Assembly (NCBI GenBank): GCA_041476405.1
Contig: JBGOTG010000001.1
Location: 1-47,822, forward strand
Direction of reading: 5' to 3'
DNA: 47,822 bases
From: Candidatus Dormibacteraceae bacterium
GTDB taxonomy: Bacteria; Chloroflexota; Dormibacteria; Dormibacterales; Dormibacteraceae
The notes beneath the pieces were generated by a model. That model was given only the letters and a program-made list of their open reading frames with translations, ran no database searches and was not told where the DNA came from. Positions 1-7,093 of the stretch are shown here, in pieces (position 1 is the stretch's first letter; every line of letters starts with the position of its first letter). The translations under genes were made by a program, and so were the position numbers.

Positions 1-458
1 AGCTCGGCCCTGTTCTGATCGCCAGCTGCGGCGACGTCACCCCCACCCCCTGGAACACGGAGCGCGAGTTCAGCGAGGACGACCTCGCGAAGCGTCTCGC
101 CGCCATCCTCGATCCCGCACCGGCAGGCAGCAAGGTCGTCGTGAACTTCCACTGCCCACCCTACGGGTCGGGGCTCGACTTCGCCGCCGAGCTCGACGAC
201 ACGCTGCGGCCCGTCATCCGCGGCGGCCGCCCGAGCATCATCCCGGTCGGCAGCCAGGCGGTGCGAGACGCCATCAAGAAATACGAGCCGGTGGTCGGCC
301 TCCACGGCCACATCCACGAGTCGCGGGGAGCGCAGAAGATCGGGCGCACGATGTGCCTGAACCCGGGCAGCGACTATTCGGCCGACCTGCTGCGGGGGGC
401 GATCGTGGACTTCTCGGCCGACGGGAGCTACATCGACTTCCTGCTCACAGCCGGTTAG
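1..458 (+). CDS. metallophosphoesterase family protein, C-terminal part (5' end lies outside the window)
   Basis: Frame 3 is open from nt 3 to TAG 456-458. The tail carries a GLHGHIHESRG histidine motif typical of calcineurin-like phosphoesterases. The listed ORF 141..458 only starts at an internal GTG. Confidence 0.6.
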   Translation, partial: LGPVLIASCGDVTPTPWNTEREFSEDDLAKRLAAILDPAPAGSKVVVNFHCPPYGSGLDFAAELDDTLRPVIRGGRPSIIPVGSQAVRDAIKKYEPVVGLHGHIHESRGAQKIGRTMCLNPGSDYSADLLRGAIVDFSADGSYIDFLLTAG

Positions 459-471
459 CCTGAACGAGCTG

Positions 472-1269
472 ATGGCCGACCAGGTGATCGAACCGGCTGG
501 TTCTCAGCCCAAGGTTCCGCTGGGCGACCCGGTGATCGAGTCCCGGCGCCTGGTCGACGCGGCCGCGCGCGCGGGCCTCACGGTCAGGCTCCTTGGCGGC
601 GTCGCGGTGCGCATGCAGGCGCCGTCCGATACGCCGCTCCTGCCGCGCACGATCGGCGACATCGACCTCGCCACGAGGCAGGGAGGATGGCGTGCCCTCG
701 CCGATTTCCTGAAGACCGCGGGTTACGCCGGAGACGACATGTTCAACGCGCTGAACGGCGCGCGCCGGCTGCTCTTTTTCGACCACGTCAACAACCGCAA
801 GCTCGATGTCTTTGTCGGCGAGTTCGCCATGTGCCATTCGATACCGGTCACCGATCGCCTCGACCGCGAACCGATGACGATTCCCCTCGCCGAGCTGGTG
901 CTGACCAAGCTGCAGATCGTGCAGCTCACCGAGCGGGACCTGCGCGACATCTACAGCCTTTCGTACCACCACCACGTCAGCGGAGGCGATGGCACCGGGA
1001 TCGAGGGCGATTTCATCGCCGAGCTCTGCGCCAGGGACTGGGGGCTTTGGCGAACCTGCACGGCGACGATCGAGGTGAGCCTGGCCAGGCTCCCGGACCA
1101 CATGCTGCCCGCGGAGGCCTCTCGGCTCGTCACCGAACGCCTGCAAGCGCTCGCCAAGCAGATCGAAAAGGCGCCGAAGTCTTCGCGCTGGAAGCTCCGC
1201 AGCCGGGTCGGAGATCGTGTCCGCTGGTACGACGAGCCGGAGGAGAACCTCCCCACCCCCACGGACTAG
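472..1269 (+). CDS. putative nucleotidyltransferase-family protein
   Basis: 265-aa ORF starting 14 nt after the previous stop. The N-terminal RLLGGVAVR...IGDIDLA pattern resembles the G-x-x / D-x-D signature of the pol-beta nucleotidyltransferase fold. The rest is helical and unassigned. Confidence 0.45.
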   Translation: MADQVIEPAGSQPKVPLGDPVIESRRLVDAAARAGLTVRLLGGVAVRMQAPSDTPLLPRTIGDIDLATRQGGWRALADFLKTAGYAGDDMFNALNGARRLLFFDHVNNRKLDVFVGEFAMCHSIPVTDRLDREPMTIPLAELVLTKLQIVQLTERDLRDIYSLSYHHHVSGGDGTGIEGDFIAELCARDWGLWRTCTATIEVSLARLPDHMLPAEASRLVTERLQALAKQIEKAPKSSRWKLRSRVGDRVRWYDEPEENLPTPTD

Positions 1270-1272
1270 GGG

Positions 1273-2148
1273 CTAGATCGCGTACTCCAGGTCGGTCAAG
1301 GTGACCCGCTTGTGGCTGACCAAGCGGCCTGCTGCTCGCGACAAGTAGGTCCCCGACGTCGGCGCGACGTCTGAGTAGTCGGCGCCGACCGCGATGGTCA
1401 CGTACTCCAGACCGCCCCGGCTCGCGTGGGTGGGGTCGAAGGCCCAGGCGATGGCGTCTCCCGTCCCGTCGCCCCCCGGCAGAACGACCTCCACCCAGGC
1501 GTGGGTCCCACCCTGTCCCACCAGGTGGCCCGACACGTAGCGCGCCGGCAGCTCGGCGGACCGGCAGACGGCGAGCATGATGTGGGCGTAGTCCTGGCAC
1601 ACTCCCAGACCAATCGAGAGCGCCTCGGAGGCGGTGGTTCGGACACCGGTCACCCCGCCCTTGTAGGTCATCGATTGGTAGACCCAGTCGTTGATCCGGT
1701 CCGCCAGGGGCAGGCCCCATGGCGCCGACTCGGCGAGCGCGGCGGCCGCCCTGTCGATGCGGGCGTCCGCAGCCGTGAGCCGGGTCGGCTCGAGCAGGTA
1801 GGCGTCATCCTGCCAGCCGTCGGGCAACCGGTTGGGCTCGTCGGAGGTGCGCTCGACCGAGACCTCGGCGAGGAATTCGATCGCGGAGCCCACCCGTGGC
1901 GCGAACGCGTCCACTATCACGTTGCCGAAGCGGTCCTGCCGGTTCTCGAACCGGACACCGTCGAGCCCGGCCGACACCCTGTGCCGCAAGCGCCGCTGGT
2001 CGCCGAAGCGCTCTGGCGGTATGACGACGAGCCGGTGGTTCAGGTCCTGGATCGGAGACGGGTACTCGTAGCGAAAGCTCTGGGTGATCTCGAACGAGGC
2101 CCGGCGGGCGGAGGACCAGTCGACGGCGACTCCTTCCTGGGGGATCAT
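1273..2148 (-). CDS. transglutaminase-like protein (Bact_transglu_N + transglutaminase core)
   Basis: The N-terminus (FEITQSFRYEYPSP) matches the bacterial transglutaminase N-domain. The core has Cys (GVCQDYAH), His (THAWVEV) and Asp (FDPTH). Its ATG overlaps the upstream stop as ATGA at 2145-2148. Confidence 0.8.
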   Translation of the reverse strand: MIPQEGVAVDWSSARRASFEITQSFRYEYPSPIQDLNHRLVVIPPERFGDQRRLRHRVSAGLDGVRFENRQDRFGNVIVDAFAPRVGSAIEFLAEVSVERTSDEPNRLPDGWQDDAYLLEPTRLTAADARIDRAAAALAESAPWGLPLADRINDWVYQSMTYKGGVTGVRTTASEALSIGLGVCQDYAHIMLAVCRSAELPARYVSGHLVGQGGTHAWVEVVLPGGDGTGDAIAWAFDPTHASRGGLEYVTIAVGADYSDVAPTSGTYLSRAAGRLVSHKRVTLTDLEYAI

Positions 2149-2972
2149 GCAGCCTCCCCGGCAATCTCCGCCCAGACGGTCATGGAGCGGAACGCTGCAG
2201 GACCGAACGTGGTCAGCATGGCCACATCGAGCGCGTCCCTGCCCCGTCCGATCAACACCCGGCCGACTCGCCGTGCGTTGTTGCGCGGGTCAAATGTCCA
2301 CCAGCGGTCGCCGAGCCAGACCTCCATCCAGGCCGCGAAGTCCATCGGGTTCGGGTCGGGCGGCACATACAGGTCGGGAAGATAGCCGAAGACATAGCGC
2401 GCCGGGATGTTCATCGCCCGGCAGAAGGAGATGGCCAGGTGGGCGAAGTCCCGGCAAACGCCGATCCGGTTCTTGTAGACGTCCACTGCGGTGGTCAGCG
2501 GGTTGCTCGTCCCGTACTGGAACTTCGTGTTGTCGTGAACCCAGTCGCAGATCGCCTGCACCCGCGCCCAGCCCGTGCCCGTGCCCGAGAAGAGGTCCCA
2601 GGCCGGGCCCATCAGCTCGTCGGACAGGCAGTAGCGGCTGGGCAGCGTGTAATGCAGCAAGTCCCCGGGAATCTGCTCGACAGGAAGCTGCGGCGCGCCT
2701 GTGCCGTCGGGGTCTGGTTCGTCGGGAACCTCGCAAGTGGCGTCATACCTCAGTGCCTGGGTACCCTCTGACATCACGAACCTCTTGACGGGATTGCCGT
2801 AGATGTCGAGATACTCGTCCACAGAAAGCTGTGGGGTGGTCGACCAGGCCTCTGTGATCAGCCGGTGGCGCGCATCGGAGCGCGGGCGTACCTGTACTGT
2901 GACCGGGGTGGGCGCGGTCACGTCGTAGGTGAACTCGCAGCCAACCCGCAAATTGATCGTCTTCCCTGACAT
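2145..2972 (-). CDS. transglutaminase-like protein, catalytic His apparently replaced by Ala
   Basis: Same two-domain layout (LRVGCEFTYDV..., GVCRDFAH, FDPRN). The position that is HAW in the two paralogues reads DFAAWMEV here. Confidence 0.75.
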   Translation of the reverse strand: MSGKTINLRVGCEFTYDVTAPTPVTVQVRPRSDARHRLITEAWSTTPQLSVDEYLDIYGNPVKRFVMSEGTQALRYDATCEVPDEPDPDGTGAPQLPVEQIPGDLLHYTLPSRYCLSDELMGPAWDLFSGTGTGWARVQAICDWVHDNTKFQYGTSNPLTTAVDVYKNRIGVCRDFAHLAISFCRAMNIPARYVFGYLPDLYVPPDPNPMDFAAWMEVWLGDRWWTFDPRNNARRVGRVLIGRGRDALDVAMLTTFGPAAFRSMTVWAEIAGEAA

Positions 2973-2996
2973 CGGAATGGCGGAGACACTATAGCG

Positions 2997-4472
2997 GTGA
3001 CCCCCGCGCAGCTAGGCGCCAACTACAGGTCCAACGGCTTCTACGACGAAATGCTTGCGCCTTCCGGCCAGCCACGTCCCGCCTACCGCCGCATCTACGA
3101 CCACCTGAACGGGCTCGGGCCGGCGGAGCTGAAGCGGCGGCACGACCTCGCCATGGAGATGTTCCGGAACCACGGGATCACTTTTGCCGTCTACCCGGAC
3201 GAGCAGGGGATCGAGAAGGTGTTCCCCTTCGACATCATCCCGCGTGTGATCTCGGCCCGCACGTGGACCCGGCTCGAAGCCGGTCTGAAGCAGCGGATCC
3301 GGGCACTTAACCTCTTCCTTGACGACGTCTACGGCCGCAAGCTCATCCTCAAGCAGCGCGCCATCCCGCCCGAGATCGTGCTCTCCAGCCCTCAGTACGC
3401 CAGGGAGGTCGAGGGGCTGCCAGTGCCGCACGGAATCCACTGCCACATCGCCGGCATCGACCTGGTGAGAGACCATAAGGGTGAGTTCTTCGTGCTGGAG
3501 GACAACCTGAGGACGCCGTCCGGCGTCTCCTACGTGCTGGCGAACCGCCACGTCATGAAGCGCGTGCTGCCGGACCTGTTCGCCGGCTACCCCGTACGGC
3601 CGGTCGAGGGCTACGTACACGAGCTGCTCCGGCATCTCCGGTGGCTGGCGCCGGAAGGTGTGGACGACCCGACGGTGGTGCTGCTCACGCCAGGTATCAA
3701 CAACGCCGCCTACTACGAGCACCTCTACCTCGCCAAGCAGATGGGGATCGAGCTGGTCGAGGGCACCGATCTGGTCGTCGACCAGGACCACGTGTTCATG
3801 CGGACCACTCGCGGACTCAAGCCCGTGCACGTGATCTACAGGCGGCTCGACGACGAGTGGCTCGACCCGATCTTCGGCAGGCAGGAGTCCCTGGTCGGAG
3901 TGGCCGGCCTCGTCAACGCGTACCGGGCGGGCAACGTGGTCATCGCCAACGCCCTCGGCAACGGCGTCGCGGACGACAAGGCGGTCTACGCGCTGGTTCC
4001 CAGGGTGATCCGCTACTACCTTGACGAGGACCCCATCCTGCCGAACGTCGAGACATATCTCTGTGCCGTCGACGAGGACCGCCGCTACGTCCTCGAGCAC
4101 CTCGAACAGCTGGTGGTGAAGACGGTGGACGCATCCGGCGGCTACGGAATGCTGATCGGCCCGGAATCGACAGGCGCCCAGCGCGAGGACTTCCGGAGGC
4201 GAATCGAGGCGCAGCCGCGAAGCTTCATCGCCCAACCGGTGGTGGCGCTGTCGGTGCAGCCGGTCTTCGACGGCGGAGTGCTGCGAAGCGCCCACCAGGA
4301 CCTGCGCCCATTCGTCCTCACCGGCCCGGACGTCCACGTCACACCAGGCGGTTTGACCCGCGTCGCGCTCAAGGAAGGCTCGCTGGTCGTCAACAGCTCG
4401 CAGGGTGGCGGCAGCCGCGACACGTGGGTCATGGCCGAGGACACCGATGACGACGGAGGCTTCGATGCTTAG
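2997..4472 (+). CDS. circularly permuted type-2 ATP-grasp protein (COG2308-like)
   Basis: 491 aa with a GTG start. The segments YDEMLAPSGQPRPAYRRIYDHL and FVLEDNLRTPSGVSYVLANR are what I recognise from this family. It is followed by its usual alpha-E and transglutaminase partners. Confidence 0.8.
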   Translation: MTPAQLGANYRSNGFYDEMLAPSGQPRPAYRRIYDHLNGLGPAELKRRHDLAMEMFRNHGITFAVYPDEQGIEKVFPFDIIPRVISARTWTRLEAGLKQRIRALNLFLDDVYGRKLILKQRAIPPEIVLSSPQYAREVEGLPVPHGIHCHIAGIDLVRDHKGEFFVLEDNLRTPSGVSYVLANRHVMKRVLPDLFAGYPVRPVEGYVHELLRHLRWLAPEGVDDPTVVLLTPGINNAAYYEHLYLAKQMGIELVEGTDLVVDQDHVFMRTTRGLKPVHVIYRRLDDEWLDPIFGRQESLVGVAGLVNAYRAGNVVIANALGNGVADDKAVYALVPRVIRYYLDEDPILPNVETYLCAVDEDRRYVLEHLEQLVVKTVDASGGYGMLIGPESTGAQREDFRRRIEAQPRSFIAQPVVALSVQPVFDGGVLRSAHQDLRPFVLTGPDVHVTPGGLTRVALKEGSLVVNSSQGGGSRDTWVMAEDTDDDGGFDA

Positions 4473-5415
4473 CCGGGCCGCGACGTCGCTCACGCTGCTG
4501 GGCAGGCATCTCGAGCGGTCCGACCACCTCGCCCGCATCCTCGGCGTCCACGTCGCGCTTTCCCTTGACCGCACCGACGAGCCGGGACCCGAGTTCTGGG
4601 GCCGTTTCATGGAGCTGGCGGGTTGGACCGGCGGCGACACCGCGCGCCGAGGCCAGGCCGTCGAGGCTCTCATCACCGGCACGCTCGGCCCATCCATCAG
4701 CGCGAGCATCGCCACCGCCCGCCTCGCCGCCCAGTCGGTGCGCCCATCGCTGCCCAGCGAGCTGTACGAGCAGGTCAACGCGCTCCATTGGCGCGTGCAG
4801 CAGGCGACCTGGCAGCGGGACCTGTATCCGTTTCTCACCGACGTGCAGCTGACCATCCGGCTGGTCGACGGCCTGCTCATGGACACCATGCAGCACACCG
4901 AGGCTCGCGACTTCATCCGCCTGGGCAAATTTCTCGAGCGGACGAGCAACGTCACGGCCATCGTCACGCGCAAGTCGGCCGAGCTCGCGGACTCGCCCGA
5001 GGACGCGCTCGAGTGGTCGGCGGTGCTGAAGTCGTGCTTTGCCTTCGAGTCCTACCAGGCGCGTTACTCGGGCGGTGTGACGCCGGAGCGCGTGATCGAA
5101 TGCCTGCTGCTCGACCCGACGCTGCCGCGATCCGCGCGCTTCTCGGCGCAGGTTGCCCTCGACTCCGTCTCGCGGATCGACGGCCCAGGCCGCCGCTCCA
5201 GGCCCAAGCGCCTGCTGTCCCGGTTGCATGCGGTGTTTGTTGGCACGGAGGCTCACCTCGTCGCCGAGCACCCGCGTGAGTTCGACGGCGAGTGCAGGGG
5301 CATGTTGCGTCAGCTCGAGCTCGCCATGCGCGAGGCCTACTTCCATCCGAGCAAGGTCCCCGCGAACGTCATGGGCGACGAGGGCCGGGCGATGCCCCAG
5401 CAGCAGCAACAATGA
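4465..5415 (+). CDS. alpha-E domain protein (COG2307-like)
   Basis: An internal ATG at 4465 gives MLSRAATSLTLLGRHLERSDHLARIL, the typical alpha-E N-terminus. It overlaps the ATP-grasp stop by 8 nt. The listed 4405 start would add an Ala/Arg-rich extension inside the upstream gene. Confidence 0.75.
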   Translation: MLSRAATSLTLLGRHLERSDHLARILGVHVALSLDRTDEPGPEFWGRFMELAGWTGGDTARRGQAVEALITGTLGPSISASIATARLAAQSVRPSLPSELYEQVNALHWRVQQATWQRDLYPFLTDVQLTIRLVDGLLMDTMQHTEARDFIRLGKFLERTSNVTAIVTRKSAELADSPEDALEWSAVLKSCFAFESYQARYSGGVTPERVIECLLLDPTLPRSARFSAQVALDSVSRIDGPGRRSRPKRLLSRLHAVFVGTEAHLVAEHPREFDGECRGMLRQLELAMREAYFHPSKVPANVMGDEGRAMPQQQQQ

Positions 5416-6221
5416 GGCTCGAGGTCGTGCATAGCACGCGCTACCGCTATTCAGGCCCGATCGCCGAGACCGTGATGGAGGTTCGCCTCCGACCGATGGA
5501 CGGCAACGGGCAGCGGTGCGTGGCGTTCGGGCTGGAGGTCAGCTCCGGGATCAGGCCGCGCACATACCTCGACGGCTACGGGAACAACGTGCACTACTTC
5601 AACCTGGTCCGCCCGCACACCCGGTTGAGCATCACCAGCCGGTCAGTGGTCGAGACCGGCCTGGCGGAAGACGCCGACCAGGGCGAAGAGCTGGTGCAGG
5701 ACTTTCTCCGCTTCCGCTCGCCGGTCCGGGACGTGCCGGGCATCCGCGAGCTCGCGAAGCGGCATCCGGTCGCCGACCCTGTCTCGGCTCGCTCCGTCGA
5801 ACAGGCGCTCGACGCTTTGACGCTGACGATCAGCCGCGAGTTCAGCTACGACCGCGCGGTCACCAATGTGTACAGCTCGGTGGACGAGGTGCTCGAGCTG
5901 CGGGCGGGGGTTTGCCAGGACTTCGCCCACCTGTTCATCGCCGCCGCCCGCGCCATGGGCGTGCCCGCCCGCTACGTCAGCGGTTACATCCACGAGCAAG
6001 GACGGACCGGCGCCTCGAGCGCTTCGCACGCCTGGGCGGAGGGATGGGTGCCAGGTCGCGGCTGGATCGGATTTGACGCCACCCGGCCGGTGAGGACCTC
6101 GCACAACCACGTGCGGCTGGCGGTGGGCAGGGACTACAGCGACGCCGCGCCGACGCGAGGTATCTACGTCGGCTCGGCGACGGGGACGATGGACGTGAGC
6201 GTCCGGACCCGCTCGCTCTGA
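5412..6221 (+). CDS. transglutaminase-like protein (Bact_transglu_N + core)
   Basis: The ATG at 5412 overlaps the alpha-E stop as ATGA. The N-terminus MRLEVVHSTRYRYSGP is typical. The Cys (GVCQDFAH), His (SHAWAEGW) and Asp (FDATR) triad is present. Confidence 0.8.
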   Translation: MRLEVVHSTRYRYSGPIAETVMEVRLRPMDGNGQRCVAFGLEVSSGIRPRTYLDGYGNNVHYFNLVRPHTRLSITSRSVVETGLAEDADQGEELVQDFLRFRSPVRDVPGIRELAKRHPVADPVSARSVEQALDALTLTISREFSYDRAVTNVYSSVDEVLELRAGVCQDFAHLFIAAARAMGVPARYVSGYIHEQGRTGASSASHAWAEGWVPGRGWIGFDATRPVRTSHNHVRLAVGRDYSDAAPTRGIYVGSATGTMDVSVRTRSL

Positions 6222-6236
6222 AGTCGCCGCGGCTCG

Positions 6237-6899
6237 CTAGAAGCGGCGGCCTCGCACGTGGTCGATCGAGAAGCTGGCGGTGTCCGCGATGAGCATGACG
6301 GCCATCACCCCGGCTTCCACCGGGTCGCTGACCACCAGGTCGGCGGCGTCTGGCACCGAGCCCGCCATGTTGGTGCAGAGGACGAGTATCCCGAGAGCCC
6401 TGATCTCTCGCACCGCTGTGCTGATGTCCCCTCCCATCAGGGCGCCCGCGAGCACCAGGGCGCGGGCGCGATGCAGTCGAGCGACCGCGCGCACTGCCGC
6501 GGCGAGCTGGTCCTCGCCGACCAGGGGGATCGTGTCGACGGAGATCCTCTCCCCGCGGATGTTGTGGCGGTCGGCCTCCGAGATCGCGCCCTGGGCCACC
6601 ATGCCCACCTGCGCGCCGCCGCCGATCACTATCACGCGTTTCCCGTAGATGCGTTCGAAGGTGGGAACTGTGCTTACCCTGGTCACTCCCTGCAGGCCTT
6701 CGAGGTCGGCGATCAGGCGCGCCTTGTCGGGCGCTCCCACGACCTCGAGCTGAAGCTCAGCCGAATTCTGCCGGTGAGCGCCACCCGCCACGTAGGTGAC
6801 GTTCGCGCCGTGGCGGAATATGGTCTCGGACAGGCGATACAGCACGCCAGGCTCGTCGCGCGCTGCCACCAGCAGTCCCAGGACGTCGGGTTCGGCCAC
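6237..6899 (-). CDS. ACT-domain protein with a C-terminal Rossmann-like domain of unknown function
   Basis: 220 aa with a GTG start. The N-terminal LLVAARDEPGVLYRLSETIFRHGANV looks like an ACT fold. The C-terminal RVIVIGGGAQVG... region is unassigned. It is divergent from cimA. Confidence 0.55.
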   Translation of the reverse strand: MAEPDVLGLLVAARDEPGVLYRLSETIFRHGANVTYVAGGAHRQNSAELQLEVVGAPDKARLIADLEGLQGVTRVSTVPTFERIYGKRVIVIGGGAQVGMVAQGAISEADRHNIRGERISVDTIPLVGEDQLAAAVRAVARLHRARALVLAGALMGGDISTAVREIRALGILVLCTNMAGSVPDAADLVVSDPVEAGVMAVMLIADTASFSIDHVRGRRF

Positions 6900-6947
6900 G
6901 CGCGAAAGATAACCGGAGTTCCGCCAGATGCTCTACTCTTCCCTGCG

Positions 6948-7037
6948 ATGTCCAAGCCGAGCCCAACCATCATCGGCATCGCGCCGGCCGCGCGCAGGGC
7001 GGCTATTGAGATCGGCAGGGGAGGTCCCCCGACGTAA
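6948..7037 (+). promoter_or_regulatory. putative Ile-rich leader peptide ORF upstream of cimA
   Basis: The ORF from ATG 6948 to TAA 7035-7037 encodes MSKPSPTIIGIAPAARRAAIEIGRGGPPT, with 5 Ile in 29 aa. Its 3' end lies inside the antiterminator hairpin. No clear SD is present. Confidence 0.4.
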
Positions 7038-7067
7038 GCGCACACCGCTGACGTCGCAGGACCTCCC
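7019..7067 (+). promoter_or_regulatory. putative antiterminator hairpin of the cimA leader
   Basis: Three paired segments: 7019-7027 with 7059-7067, 7030-7035 with 7051-7056, and 7037-7040 with 7046-7049. The loop is cacac. It shares nt 7062-7067 with the terminator stem. Confidence 0.45.
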
Positions 7068-7093
7068 GGCCAGAAAGGCCCGGAGGTTTTTTT
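7062..7093 (+). terminator. intrinsic-terminator-like hairpin plus T7 immediately 5' of the cimA start (attenuator / SD-sequestering stem)
   Basis: The arms cctcccggcc and ggcccggagg pair at 9 of 10 bp around an agaaa loop. They are followed by ttttttt (7087-7093) and ATG 7094. The 3' arm contains GGAGG, the only SD for cimA. Confidence 0.5.

Noticed and set aside
3012-4973. 653-aa ORF on the minus strand opposite the ATP-grasp and alpha-E genes.
   Set aside because: This is a typical high-GC shadow ORF. It is Arg/Val/Asp/Gly-rich with no recognisable motif. It lies fully antisense to two genes that have clear family signatures and coupled start-stop overlaps.
6900-7093. T-box or metabolite riboswitch upstream of cimA.
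   Set aside because: I could not find the conserved T-box sequence or a specifier-loop layout, nor any riboswitch core I recognise. The leader-peptide attenuator model fits the observed ORF and alternative hairpins better.
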